Numbered from the stretch's first letter, positions 36,731 to 47,525 are shown. The stretch is DNA of 64,000 nucleotides from an uncultured Clostridia bacterium (GCA_934169775.1 CAKPOI010000001.1:16558-80557); one strand, 5' to 3'. Notes: generated by a model from the sequence alone, not told the origin. Made by a program: numbers and translations.

Positions 36731-37282
36731 TCAATTTTTATATTGTATTCTCCGTAAGCCTTCCTTACTTTTTAATGCATTTTTCAAAACTGTGTATATA
36801 TTTTCTGTTGTTAATGGCTCTAATTTTATTACCATTGATCTTGATATTAAAGCTTTATTTACTTCAAAATATGGATTTTCTGTTGTTGCTCCTATTAATA
36901 TTATTGTTCCATTTTCTACATATGGTAATAATGCATCTTGTTGTAATTTATTAAATCTATGAATCTCGTCTATAAATAATATGCTTTTTCCTATTGGATT
37001 TAACATAAAGTTTTTTGTTTCTTCTATTACTCTTTTTATATCTGAAACTCCTGCTGTTACTGCATTTATTTTATAAAATTTATATTTTGTTGTTTCACTT
37101 ATTACTCTTGCTAATGATGTTTTGCCACATCCTGGAGGTCCAAATAATATAATACTTGATAGCCTGTCTGCTTTTATTGTTCTATATAAAAGTTTGCCTT
37201 CTCCTATTACATGTTCTTGTCCTACATATTCTTCTAGTGTTTTTGGTCTAACTCTATATGCTAGCGGCTCATTTGAATTCAT
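36731..37282 (-). CDS. rarA: RarA/MgsA AAA+ ATPase, N-terminal part.
   Basis: GPPGCGKTSLA Walker A, DEIHRFNK, IGATTENP. Confidence 0.75.
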   Translation of the reverse strand: MNSNEPLAYRVRPKTLEEYVGQEHVIGEGKLLYRTIKADRLSSIILFGPPGCGKTSLARVISETTKYKFYKINAVTAGVSDIKRVIEETKNFMLNPIGKSILFIDEIHRFNKLQQDALLPYVENGTIILIGATTENPYFEVNKALISRSMVIKLEPLTTENIYTVLKNALKSKEGLRRIQYKN

Positions 37283-37391
37283 ATTTTTTCTTCCTTTCTA
37301 TGTTGTAAATTTTACACGCGAATAAATTTTCTGGCTTTATGTTATAATTTTAAATGTATTAATGTCCGCTTTTGTTTTTTGAAAGTATTTT

Positions 37392-37994
37392 TTAATTAGC
37401 CAAAATTGTAAGTCCTTTTCTTATTAAATCTTCTGTTGATAAATCTTTTTTGTCTAATTTCATAAATGCTTTTTCTATGTCTTTTTTATTATATCCTAAA
37501 ACTTGTAAAGCTGTTATTGCTTCTTCTACTTTATTGCTGTCTACTACTGCTTCTTTTACTTTTGTATTTTTGGTTTGTGTTACTGATTTTTCTTTTTTCA
37601 TTTTGTCTTTTAATTCTAATATCATTCTTTGTGCTGATTTTGCTCCAATTCCTGGTATTTTTGTTAAATATGATATGTCATCTGATATAACTGCTATTGC
37701 AAATTCTGATGGTTCTGTTACTGCTATTATTGTTAAAGCTGTTTTTGCTCCTACTCCACTTACTGATAATATCAATTCAAACATTCTTAATTCTTCATTT
37801 GTGTTAAATCCAAATATACTTATATCATCTTCTCTGACCCTGTAATATGTATATACTTTTACTTTGTCACCTATGTTGCCTAATTTTTCCATTCCTATTG
37901 CTGACATATATACTTTATATCCTAATCCTCCTACATCAATTACGACATAGTCTGTCATTTTTATTTCTAATGTTCCTTTTATGTATGCTATCAT
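37392..37994 (-). CDS. ruvA: RuvA Holliday-junction DNA helicase subunit.
   Basis: MIAYIKGTL...VIDVGGLGYKV N-terminus and HhH motifs (LTKIPGIGAKSA). Confidence 0.9.
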   Translation of the reverse strand: MIAYIKGTLEIKMTDYVVIDVGGLGYKVYMSAIGMEKLGNIGDKVKVYTYYRVREDDISIFGFNTNEELRMFELILSVSGVGAKTALTIIAVTEPSEFAIAVISDDISYLTKIPGIGAKSAQRMILELKDKMKKEKSVTQTKNTKVKEAVVDSNKVEEAITALQVLGYNKKDIEKAFMKLDKKDLSTEDLIRKGLTILAN

Positions 37995-38022
37995 TTTATC
38001 TTATCCTTTTCTTTTTTATTTG

Positions 38023-38577
38023 TTATATATCATAAAAATATGTTGCTTCTAAGTCTGCTTCATGTACTAATAATGCTAATGGGTATTTTTTGTATGCTAA
38101 TCCTATTGTTGTGTATTGTTCTTTTGGCTCTGTAAATCCCATATGCCATCTTATACAGTATTTCTCTTCTGGAGTTAGTTTCATGTATTCTGTTATCATC
38201 ATTACTGATTTTTCTCCATGTCCATATGGAATTGTGTCATCAATTGTATAATATGGAACCTTTTCCCATACTCCTAATGCGTTTTTGGCATTTCTGTAAT
38301 CTACTTTATAAAAGTTTGCTTTGCACAAATCATGTAATAATGCTATTATTATTAATGATTCTTCAGACACTTTTAATGGTTCTACATTTGTTTGTACTTT
38401 ATGTTTTAATATTTCATATACTTTTAAACTGTGTTCTACTAATCCTCCTTCATAGTCTCCATGAAATCTTGTGCTTGCTGGTGCCTTAAAAAAGTCTGTT
38501 TTTTGTATAAATTCTATTAAATCATTTATTCCTTCCCTATTTACTGTTTTTAATAATTCTAAAAATTGTTCTTTCAT
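38023..38577 (-). CDS. HD-domain phosphohydrolase.
   Basis: H...HD motif (IIALLHDLCK). Confidence 0.55.
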   Translation of the reverse strand: MKEQFLELLKTVNREGINDLIEFIQKTDFFKAPASTRFHGDYEGGLVEHSLKVYEILKHKVQTNVEPLKVSEESLIIIALLHDLCKANFYKVDYRNAKNALGVWEKVPYYTIDDTIPYGHGEKSVMMITEYMKLTPEEKYCIRWHMGFTEPKEQYTTIGLAYKKYPLALLVHEADLEATYFYDI

Positions 38578-39107
38578 TATTTTTCATATTCCTTTCTTTT
38601 TGTGTCATTATATGTTACATTATATAATCCATCTTCCATTTGTTCTAGCATATAGTAATCTGTTCCGTTATATTCTATTTTTTCTCCTGCTATTACTATT
38701 CTTTCTTTTATGTTTATTATATAGTTTCTTTTTACATTTTCTATTCCAAATGTTTCTTTTATGTATTCTGGTGTGCATAATCGACATCCATTTTTTATTT
38801 CTGTTAGTTTTGAACTGTCATTTTGGGCTTTCTTTTGTAATTGCTCTCCAACTTCTGCTGATTCTAATATTAGTTGTTCTTCTGTTCCTAATTCTGTTCC
38901 TATTGTTTTGTTTTCTTTTTCGTATTCCTCTCCTATTTCATTTACTTTTGTTTGCACTAGTTCTAATTCTGTTTTTAATGCTGTATATTTAGATGATTTT
39001 ATGCTATCTTTGCTTACTGCTATTCCTGTTCCTGCAAGTATTATTAATACTGCTATTACTACTGCTAAGCTTATTAGCGTAATTCCGCTTTCTTTTTTCA
39101 TTTTCAT
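38577..39107 (-). CDS. Small pilin-like protein with the same N-terminal anchor type as the DGR target proteins.
   Basis: MKMKKESGITLISLAVVIAVLIILAGTGIAV N-terminus (G-ITLI-A class-III-signal-like). Confidence 0.45.
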   Translation of the reverse strand: MKMKKESGITLISLAVVIAVLIILAGTGIAVSKDSIKSSKYTALKTELELVQTKVNEIGEEYEKENKTIGTELGTEEQLILESAEVGEQLQKKAQNDSSKLTEIKNGCRLCTPEYIKETFGIENVKRNYIINIKERIVIAGEKIEYNGTDYYMLEQMEDGLYNVTYNDTKRKEYEK

Positions 39108-39386
39108 TTGTTTTTGTATGATATTTTTATCATACTCTCCTTTCCTTTATTTTTATGTTTTCATTTTACTATATTATTTTTGAAATTGCAAGGTAATATT
39201 TATGTTTTGATAATATAATATTGATATTTTTCAAATTATTGTTTTGACTTTTAACTATTGACATTTTTTGATTCTGACTCCAAAAATATCAGCTTCAAAA
39301 ACACCTAAAAAATTGTTGACTATTTAGCATTTTTGAGGTATTATATATGTACTTAAATTTATTAAAGAAATGAGGAAAACAAAACT

Positions 39387-41768
39387 ATGTTATGTTCAAA
39401 ATGTAATAAAAATCCTGCCATCTTATTTTTTGAAAAAAATGATGGAAAAGGTAAAAATAAAAAATTAGAAGGATTATGTTATAATTGTGCTAAAAAACAA
39501 GGTATTGATCCTTTAGAAACTTTATATAGACAAAATGATGTTTTGGCTCATGACCCTGTAAGTATGGAAGAAATGAGAAAACAATTTGAAAATATCTTTA
39601 AAGATTTTGCTGAAAATATTTCTTTGGATGATATTAATAAAATTGATGGTGCTTTTACTTTTGGTACAGATGATTTAGATGATGGCGACTTGGATGATGA
39701 GGATAAACCTCATATTGCAGGTGCTGCAATTCCTTTGGGTAGTATTTTTTCTAGTCTTCTTAATGGAGATGATGAAAATTCTGGTTCTCAAGAAGAATTT
39801 GCTTCTCAAAGTAATTCTAGAAAAAAAATAAAAGTTGAAAAAAAGAAAAAACAAAATAAAAAGAAAAAATATCTTGATACTTATGGTACTAACTTGACAA
39901 ATAAAGCTAAAAATGGCGAACTTGATATTGTTATAGGTAGAGATAAAGAAATCCAAAGAATTGTTCAAATTCTAAATAGACGTTCTAAAAACAATCCTTG
40001 TTTAATTGGTGAACCTGGTGTTGGTAAAACAGCTATTGCTCAAGGTTTGGCTATTAAAATTGCTAATCAAAATGTACCTGCTAAATTATTAAATAAAGAA
40101 GTTTATTTGTTAGATATGACTTCTGTTATTGCTGGTACACAGTTTAGAGGTCAATTTGAATCTCGTATGAAAGGTATTATTGATGAATGTAAACAATATG
40201 GAAACATTATTTTAGTAATAGATGAAATTCATAATATAATTGGTGCAGGAGATGGTGAACATTCTATGAATGCTGCAAATATTTTAAAGCCAGCTCTTTC
40301 TAATGGAGAGATTCAATTAATTGGGACTACTACTTTAAAAGAATATCGTAAATATATTGAAAAAGATTCTGCTTTGGAGCGTCGTTTCCAACAAGTTTTA
40401 ATTGAGGAACCTAATACTGATGATTCTATTAAGATTTTGGAAGGTATTAAAAAATATTATGAGGAATATCATAAAGTTAAGATTTCTAATGATGTTATTA
40501 AACAGGCTGTTATTATGTCTGAAAAATATATCCATGATAGATTTTTGCCAGATAAGGCTATTGATATTTTAGATGAAGCATGTTCTCGTATTAATTTGGA
40601 AAATAAAGATTTATATAAATTGGAGATGCTTAAAAAGGAATTAGCTGATGTTCAAGCCGAAAAAGAGGAAGTTGTTGCTGCTGATTCTACAGAAGATTAT
40701 CAAAAAGCTGCCGATTTAAAAACTCGTGAATGTCAATTAATTGAGAAAATTGATAGTTTGAATAAAAAAATGAAATTGAAAAATTTGACTGTTCAAGATA
40801 TTGCTACAGTTATTGAAAGTTGGACAAAAATTCCTGTAAAAAAAATAACTGAGGAAGAAACTCAAAAATTGTTAAATTTGGAAACAAATTTGCATAAAAG
40901 AGTTATTGGTCAAGATCAAGCAGTTAGTGTTGTTTCTAGAGCTATTCGTAGAAATCGTGCTGGATTGCAAAGTACTAAAAGACCACCTTCTTTTATATTT
41001 GTTGGACCTACTGGTGTTGGTAAAACAGAATTGGCTAAAAGTCTTGCTTTTGAGATGTTTGGAAAAGAAGATTCTATGATTAGAATTGATATGTCTGAAT
41101 ATATGGAAAGTCATTCTACAGCTAAATTGATTGGTGCTCCTCCAGGATATGTTGGTTATGATGATGCTGGTCAATTAACTGAAAAAGTTAAGAGAAAACC
41201 TTATTCTATTATTCTTTTAGATGAAATTGAAAAAGCTCATCCAGATGTTTTTAATATTTTGTTACAAGTTTTAGATGATGGTAAATTAACAGATAGTCAA
41301 GGTAATACTGTAAGTTTTGCAAATACTGTTATTATAATGACTTCAAATGCTGGTTCTAATTTAAATACAAATTCTATTGGCTTTGGAAAACAAACTGTTG
41401 ATAAAGGAAAAATTGAAGATACTTTAAAAACTACTTTCCGCCCTGAATTTTTAAATAGAATTGATGAGATTGTTGTTTTTGACTCTTTAACAGAAAAAGA
41501 ATTGATTCAAATTGTTGACTTGATGTTAAAAGATACTCAAAAAGCTTTAAAAGAAAAAGATATGGATTTAGTGGTATCTGATAAAGCTAAACATTTTATT
41601 TTAGAAAAAGGTACAAATATCAAGTTTGGTGCAAGACCTTTAAGAAGGGCTATTCAACGTTATGTAGAAGATGAAATTTCTGAAAAGATTTTAAGAGGAG
41701 ATTTTTCAAATGGTCAAACAATTAGTGTCGATTTTGTAGATGATAATTTGACTTTTGAAGCAAAATAA
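39387..41768 (+). CDS. clpE: ClpE-type ATP-dependent Clp protease ATP-binding subunit (N-terminal zinc ribbon plus two AAA+ modules).
   Basis: N-terminal CSKC...CYNC. D1 region GEPGVGKT. UVR-like middle region. D2 region GPTGVGKTELAK. Confidence 0.8.
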   Translation: MLCSKCNKNPAILFFEKNDGKGKNKKLEGLCYNCAKKQGIDPLETLYRQNDVLAHDPVSMEEMRKQFENIFKDFAENISLDDINKIDGAFTFGTDDLDDGDLDDEDKPHIAGAAIPLGSIFSSLLNGDDENSGSQEEFASQSNSRKKIKVEKKKKQNKKKKYLDTYGTNLTNKAKNGELDIVIGRDKEIQRIVQILNRRSKNNPCLIGEPGVGKTAIAQGLAIKIANQNVPAKLLNKEVYLLDMTSVIAGTQFRGQFESRMKGIIDECKQYGNIILVIDEIHNIIGAGDGEHSMNAANILKPALSNGEIQLIGTTTLKEYRKYIEKDSALERRFQQVLIEEPNTDDSIKILEGIKKYYEEYHKVKISNDVIKQAVIMSEKYIHDRFLPDKAIDILDEACSRINLENKDLYKLEMLKKELADVQAEKEEVVAADSTEDYQKAADLKTRECQLIEKIDSLNKKMKLKNLTVQDIATVIESWTKIPVKKITEEETQKLLNLETNLHKRVIGQDQAVSVVSRAIRRNRAGLQSTKRPPSFIFVGPTGVGKTELAKSLAFEMFGKEDSMIRIDMSEYMESHSTAKLIGAPPGYVGYDDAGQLTEKVKRKPYSIILLDEIEKAHPDVFNILLQVLDDGKLTDSQGNTVSFANTVIIMTSNAGSNLNTNSIGFGKQTVDKGKIEDTLKTTFRPEFLNRIDEIVVFDSLTEKELIQIVDLMLKDTQKALKEKDMDLVVSDKAKHFILEKGTNIKFGARPLRRAIQRYVEDEISEKILRGDFSNGQTISVDFVDDNLTFEAK

Positions 41769-41874
41769 GTTATAAATACTGCAGATTGAAAATTTATACA
41801 TTTTTAATTATATTAAAACTGTTTTCTTTTCAATCTGTTTTAATATAATTTATTGTGAAAGGATGTAATTAAAC

Positions 41875-42480
41875 ATGCAAAAAAATATACAAAAAAATAT
41901 ACCAAATATTCTAACTATTTTTAGATTTATTCTTATACCTATTATTTTATATTTTATTTTTACTAGACATTATTTATTAGGTTTTATATTTTTTACCATC
42001 TCTGGTATTACTGATATTTTAGATGGTGCAATTGCAAGAAAATTTAATCTTGTTACTAATTTTGGAAAATTGATGGATCCATTGGCTGATAAGCTTACTC
42101 AGGTTTCTGTTTTGGCTACTCTTGTTTTTCAAAAGATTATTCCTTTTTGGATTCTTGTAGTTGTTCTTCTTAAGGAACTTTTGATGATTATTGGTGCTTC
42201 TTTCCTTTATGGTAAAGATGTTGTTGTTTATAGCAAATGGTTTGGTAAACTTGCTACTGTTCTTTTCTACCTTGCTATTGTTTGCTCTTTGATTAATAAA
42301 GAATTTGCTCTTACTGGTGTTTGGCAAAATTTAGATTTTATTCTTTATTGTATTGCCGTTATTGCTACTGTCTTTTCTTTTATTATGTATGTTAAATACT
42401 TATATAAAGATGGCTTTATTGATAAAAGTGATTTGAAAAAAGAGAAGCAACCTGTTATTATCAATAAAAAGAATAAGTAG
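41875..42480 (+). CDS. pgsA: CDP-diacylglycerol--glycerol-3-phosphate 3-phosphatidyltransferase (CDP-alcohol phosphatidyltransferase family).
   Basis: DGxxAR...G...D...D motif (DILDGAIARKFN...GKLMDPLADK). Confidence 0.75.
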   Translation: MQKNIQKNIPNILTIFRFILIPIILYFIFTRHYLLGFIFFTISGITDILDGAIARKFNLVTNFGKLMDPLADKLTQVSVLATLVFQKIIPFWILVVVLLKELLMIIGASFLYGKDVVVYSKWFGKLATVLFYLAIVCSLINKEFALTGVWQNLDFILYCIAVIATVFSFIMYVKYLYKDGFIDKSDLKKEKQPVIINKKNK

Positions 42481-42483
42481 CTG

Positions 42484-42784
42484 ATGTTTTTGGGGACGGA
42501 CTCAAAAAACATCACTATTACATATCATTAAAAATAATAAATGTTATATGGTTTAATAATTTTCTCGGTTCAATACACAAACTAAAAATTTCTAAAATAA
42601 AATAATGTAATCCTTCAGCTTAGTCCTCACTTCGTTCGACGTGAAGCTCTTCCATCATTTTATTTAAGAAATTCTAAGATTGTTCCAATCACATTCGAAA
42701 ATTATTCTTCCATATAACATTTATTATTTTTTATATAATTTGAAAAGATATATGGTGTTTTTTGAGTCCGTCCCCAAAAACATC
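42484..42784. mobile_element. MITE-like non-autonomous element. Two inverted copies of the GC-rich repeat (about 30 bp, GATGTTTTTGGGGACGGACTCAAAAAACATC / its reverse complement) flank 240 bp with no ORF that carries the GC-rich core shared with 34381..34583.
   Basis: Inverted termini at 42484-42513 and 42754-42784. The internal CTTAGTCCTCACTTCGTTCGACGTGAAGCTCTT is about 90% identical to the reverse complement of 34454-34486. Confidence 0.5.
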
Positions 42785-43395
42785 TATTCATAATCTTCTA
42801 TTATTTGACTTAAATTTTCTTTACCATATACTTTTAGTCCATTTTTTATTTCAATTTTATCTGTATCTGTTAAATATTCTGTAGAAATGTCAGTCTTTTG
42901 ATATTCCTTTTCTTGCCCATTTTCATCTAATAAATTTACAACTATCTTTCCATCTACATCTCTTAAAATATAATGTTCCCCACATTCGCCATCAGCTTTT
43001 TTTTGCAATACTACATTATTGGACTCAAATTCTTTTACTGTCCATTCTGGATATAGTTCATTTATTTCTCTTTCGTTTTTATTAACTAAATCATTTGTCA
43101 CATTTTTATACTGTTTGGTAACATGTCCACATTTTTCATATTTAATTTCATATATTATACTGCAATTAGGCGATATTCTTACATTTTCTTGACTATTTGC
43201 TTGTATGTCTTTTTGATTTGATGTTTCTATTTCTTTCCATTCTTCTGTACAATCATCTTCTATTGTTTCAGCTAAATCTGTTGTTTTTATTGGCTCTGTT
43301 TCATTATTTTTTTGCATTTCATATATTTTGTTTCCAGCATATATGGCAAATATTATAATTCCTAGGCTTAGTAATATTATAATAATTTTTTTCAT
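42784..43395 (-). CDS. Hypothetical secreted or membrane-anchored protein.
   Basis: N-terminal signal/TM segment MKKIIIILLSLGIIIFAIYA. No known motif. Confidence 0.4.
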   Translation of the reverse strand: MKKIIIILLSLGIIIFAIYAGNKIYEMQKNNETEPIKTTDLAETIEDDCTEEWKEIETSNQKDIQANSQENVRISPNCSIIYEIKYEKCGHVTKQYKNVTNDLVNKNEREINELYPEWTVKEFESNNVVLQKKADGECGEHYILRDVDGKIVVNLLDENGQEKEYQKTDISTEYLTDTDKIEIKNGLKVYGKENLSQIIEDYE

Positions 43396-43420
43396 TTTGA
43401 CTCCATCCTTTCTTATTTTA

Positions 43421-45865
43421 TTATGAACTTATATTAATACTTTTATTCAGTTTTATTGTTATTTCTCCAAATTCATCTGTTCTATATATTTGTATATTCA
43501 TTTCTTTTAATTTTTTTATTGTAATTTCTGATGGATGTCCAAATTTATTATTTTTGCCTACTCCTATTAATGCATATTTAGGATTTACAGCTTTTAAAAA
43601 TTCTGATGTTGTTGATGTTTTAGATCCATGATGTGCTATTTTTAGTATTGTTGATTGTAATTCTTTTGAATATTTTTCTAAAATTTTTTTCTCTGCTTTT
43701 TCTTCTATATCTCCTGTGAATAATACTGAAAACCCTTTATATTTTAACTTAAAAACTAATGAATTGTTGTTTATAGAATTTTCTGTAATTATGTTTTTAG
43801 AATCTGGCCATAAAATATCAAAAATTAGATTTTTTTCTATGTTTATTTTTTCTCCTGCTTCTACAATCTTTACATTTATTTTCTTTGTATTTGCTATCTT
43901 TAGAAATTTTTTATAATTATCACTTGTTTCATATTGTTTGCCTATTATAATTGTTTTTATTTTTATTTTTTGCATTAGATATATAATTCCGTCACAGTGG
44001 TCAAGGTCCATGTGTGTTATTATTGCTAAATCTATTTTGTTGTATCTTCTATCTAAAATATATGGTAATAGTGTGTTTTTTCCGATGTTTGTATAGCTAT
44101 TTCCCCCTCCATCTATTAAAATTGTTTTTCCTTTTGGTGTTATTATAAATGTACTATCCCCTTGATTTACATCTATAAAATGAATTGTTAGATTTTTGGG
44201 GATTATTTGTATTATTAGTAATACTGATATTATTATGATGCTTATAGTTTTAATTCTTGTTTTTTCTTTTTTTGAAATTCTATATTTTATATAAAATTTT
44301 ATCATTGCTATTGTGTTTTTAAATCTTTTTATTGTTGATGTTATATTTTTCGTTTTGTATATATAATAGGTGAAAAAGAAAGTATTTATTGCCAAAAAAT
44401 ATATTACAATTTCAATAATTGTTGGTGTTGGTATGTATATAATTGAATATGGTAATTTTGATATTTTAGATATTAAAAGTAATATTTTTATTGCTATTTG
44501 CAATATTGGAGAAAATATTTTTGAGATTTTTATATTTATTATCAGGCAAATTAAAAATATGAAACTACATATCATTATAGGTCCTATTAGAAATCCGAGA
44601 ATTAAGTTGCTTAAAACGAAATATATATTTAGTGTATTAAATTGTATTATGCTTATTGGTAAAACTATTAATTGTGCTGATATTGTTACAGACAATATTT
44701 CTATTATTTTTTTTGATTTTATTATTTTTTCTAAGAAATTTTTTGAAATAAATTTTTGAAATAAAACTATTCCTATTGTTCCTCCAAATGAGAATTGAAA
44801 GCTTAAATCTAATATTGTGTACTGATTTTGAATTAATAGTATTAATGCTGATATTGATATATTTGTTAATATATCATTGTTTTTATAAAATATTTTTGAG
44901 CTTATTAATATTATTCCCATAATTCCAGCTCTTATTATTGATGGTGAAAATCCTGTTAAAAACATATATAATATTATTAAGATTATTGACATATAATATG
45001 CTTGTTTTTTTCCTGCTATTTTTCCAAATATTTGACTAGAAAATAAAATTAAGTATGACATATGCATTCCAGAAACAGCTAAAATGTGTGACATATTTGC
45101 ATTTCTGAAGTCTTCTGTTATATTTTCTGATATTTCTGATGTATCTCCTAATGTTAAACCTATAAATATGCTAGAGATTTCTTTTGGTAATATATTATCT
45201 GATTTTTGTTTTAATTTTTTGTATAATTCTATGCTTTTAGCCTCTATATATTCTGATGGATTTTTTATTTCATTTCTGATTTTCTTTATATTTGTTGCTT
45301 TTAAGTTTCCTACTACTTTTTTGGTTTTTAAATATAATTTATAGTCAAACCCTTTATAATTTCTGCTTGAGTCTGGTTCTTCAAATTTTCCTATAACTTG
45401 TATTATGTCTCCATATTTTATATTTGTTTTATCATTGTTTTTTTGATGTACATATATACTTTTATTTGCTATTTTTGTTTCTTTTCCTTTTTGTATTATA
45501 GATTTTATTTTTACTTTATATATTTTTTCATAGTCTTTTATTTTTGTTTCTCTTTCTACTTTTCCTTTTATTATTATATTTTCTGTTTTGCTTAGTTCTT
45601 TTTGTATTTTTTGATATTCATTTTCTTGGTATTGTATCAAACTGCATGATATTATTGCTGTTAGTGTTAAAACTATTGCTGCTTTTCTATTTATATATAA
45701 TTTAATGTATCTTTTGTATCTTTGTATTCTCCATATTTTTTTATTTTGTTTTTTTGATAATATTATAGCAATTACAAAAAAGAGAACTATACTTTTTTGT
45801 AAGTATAGTCCCCCTAATATACCTATTATATATCCTATTGCTATAATTAAAATTGGTCTTTTCAA
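43421..45865 (-). CDS. comEC: ComEC/Rec2 DNA internalisation channel (DUF4131, competence domain and metallo-beta-lactamase domain).
   Basis: Competence domain (ILAVSGMHMSYL) and C-terminal MBL domain (FIDVNQGDS...HMDLDHCDG). Confidence 0.85.
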   Translation of the reverse strand: MKRPILIIAIGYIIGILGGLYLQKSIVLFFVIAIILSKKQNKKIWRIQRYKRYIKLYINRKAAIVLTLTAIISCSLIQYQENEYQKIQKELSKTENIIIKGKVERETKIKDYEKIYKVKIKSIIQKGKETKIANKSIYVHQKNNDKTNIKYGDIIQVIGKFEEPDSSRNYKGFDYKLYLKTKKVVGNLKATNIKKIRNEIKNPSEYIEAKSIELYKKLKQKSDNILPKEISSIFIGLTLGDTSEISENITEDFRNANMSHILAVSGMHMSYLILFSSQIFGKIAGKKQAYYMSIILIILYMFLTGFSPSIIRAGIMGIILISSKIFYKNNDILTNISISALILLIQNQYTILDLSFQFSFGGTIGIVLFQKFISKNFLEKIIKSKKIIEILSVTISAQLIVLPISIIQFNTLNIYFVLSNLILGFLIGPIMICSFIFLICLIINIKISKIFSPILQIAIKILLLISKISKLPYSIIYIPTPTIIEIVIYFLAINTFFFTYYIYKTKNITSTIKRFKNTIAMIKFYIKYRISKKEKTRIKTISIIIISVLLIIQIIPKNLTIHFIDVNQGDSTFIITPKGKTILIDGGGNSYTNIGKNTLLPYILDRRYNKIDLAIITHMDLDHCDGIIYLMQKIKIKTIIIGKQYETSDNYKKFLKIANTKKINVKIVEAGEKINIEKNLIFDILWPDSKNIITENSINNNSLVFKLKYKGFSVLFTGDIEEKAEKKILEKYSKELQSTILKIAHHGSKTSTTSEFLKAVNPKYALIGVGKNNKFGHPSEITIKKLKEMNIQIYRTDEFGEITIKLNKSINISS

Positions 45866-45908
45866 TAAAAGTTGCCTCCTTTAATTATATAATTTTTTCT
45901 TGATAATT

Positions 45909-47315
45909 TTATTTTATAATTCTTCTTCCTCCAGAAAATCTGCTTGCTGCTTGGCTTAATGGTACAATACTTACTGTTTTTCCTGGTCTTGGTGAATGTA
46001 TTACATTTCCTCCACCTACATATATTGCAACATGCCCTGAATATATTACTAAATCTCCTGCTTGTAGATTTGCTTTCGTTACAGCTGTTCCTACTCCTGA
46101 TTGACCTCCAGATGTACGTGGTAATGATATTCCAAAGTGTTTGTATACATATGATGTAAATCCTGAACAGTCAAATCCTGTTTTTGGAGATGTTCCCCCA
46201 TATGTGTATTTTGTTCCTATAAATTGTTTTGCATATGCTACTACATTTGCTCCTGTTGTAGTACTTGTTGTAGTCGATTGTTGTGTTGTGCTTGTTGTTT
46301 CTTGTTTTTGTGTGCTTTGTGTTTGCGTGCTTTGTGAATTTTCTGTTGTTGTTTTTGCAGCTGCTGCTATTCTTGATTCACTTGCTCCTCTGGATGTTTC
46401 TTGTTTTGTTGTTGATAGTAATGTTGATAATATATATCCTTCTTTTCCATTTGATTTTACTTTACTCCATCCATTTTCTTCTGATACAACTTCAACTTTT
46501 GTGTTTATTGCTAATTGTACTACTATTGATGATGTTCTATTTGCACTACTTCTTAAATTTACTGTTTCTGTATTTATATACATTGTTTTTGAAGTTTGTT
46601 TTGCTGTTTCTTGTTGTGTAGTTTGTTTATTATTTGTATTATTATTTTCTTGGTTTTCTGTTTTTTGATTTTCTTCTTTTTGAGTACTTTCAGTCTTTTG
46701 TTCTACTTTTTCTAGTTTTTCTAATTTTTCAAATATTACCCATCCTTGTTTTTCTTGTACATTTACATATGCCCAATTATTCATTTTGTCTTGGATTTCT
46801 ACTTCTGTGTCTTTTTTTATTTCTTCTATTTCTAATGCATTTATTAATGGTATTACTTTTAATTTTATATCTTCTTTTGCTTTATATTTTTCTATTGTTT
46901 CGACTGTTGTAGTTTCTATATTTGCTGCTGTTTCTACACTTTCTTCTGTTTTGCTATCTTCTACAACTGTATTTGCTTTTTCTGTGTTATTGTTTGTTGT
47001 TTCTTCTTTTTCTGTTTTTGTTGTTTCATTGTTTAATTGTACTAAATCATTTCTTAAATATCCTGTTATATTTTTGTACTTAACTTTATACCATTCTCCT
47101 TTTGTTTCTAAAACTTCTACGCTTTCTCCTTTGTTTACTAAGTCTAATATTTTAGAGTCTGAGTCTGCTGTTTCCCTAAGGTTTGCTGTGTCTACCGTTA
47201 CTTTTGCAGTGTTTGCTGCTAGACTGGTATTAATAAAAAATAAGCTAATTGTTGTTACTATTATTGCTGCTATCCCTAGTGTTAGCACATTTTTTATATT
47301 AAGTTTTATTTTCAT
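45909..47315 (-). CDS. Secreted NlpC/P60 (C40) cell-wall peptidase with SH3b domains and a Thr/Ser/Gln-rich linker.
   Basis: C-terminal FDCSGFTSYVY...GH (Cys-His) motif. N-terminal SH3-like repeats. Signal peptide present. Confidence 0.8.
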   Translation of the reverse strand: MKIKLNIKNVLTLGIAAIIVTTISLFFINTSLAANTAKVTVDTANLRETADSDSKILDLVNKGESVEVLETKGEWYKVKYKNITGYLRNDLVQLNNETTKTEKEETTNNNTEKANTVVEDSKTEESVETAANIETTTVETIEKYKAKEDIKLKVIPLINALEIEEIKKDTEVEIQDKMNNWAYVNVQEKQGWVIFEKLEKLEKVEQKTESTQKEENQKTENQENNNTNNKQTTQQETAKQTSKTMYINTETVNLRSSANRTSSIVVQLAINTKVEVVSEENGWSKVKSNGKEGYILSTLLSTTKQETSRGASESRIAAAAKTTTENSQSTQTQSTQKQETTSTTQQSTTTSTTTGANVVAYAKQFIGTKYTYGGTSPKTGFDCSGFTSYVYKHFGISLPRTSGGQSGVGTAVTKANLQAGDLVIYSGHVAIYVGGGNVIHSPRPGKTVSIVPLSQAASRFSGGRRIIK

Positions 47316-47525
47316 TTTCTTTCTCCTTATTTTATTATATTCATTTTTTGAAAGTACTTTTCTTAATATATCATATTTTTCTTATTTTGTCAAATTTTTA
47401 CTGAAGTCAAATGTAGAATCGTTTAATGTGAATTGAAAAAATGTAGTAAATTTTCATTCATTTTACTACATTTTTCGATCTTTATTTTTTGTTATTGATT
47501 AACATACTAATATTAATCTTAATAT

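Noticed and set aside
39241-39345. CtsR operator upstream of clpE (several TTGAC motifs).
   Set aside because: The GTCAA repeats are about 14 bp apart, not the 7+3 heptad spacing of the CtsR box. A -35/-10 pair (TTGACT-17-TATTAT) is plausible, but a CtsR site is not supported.
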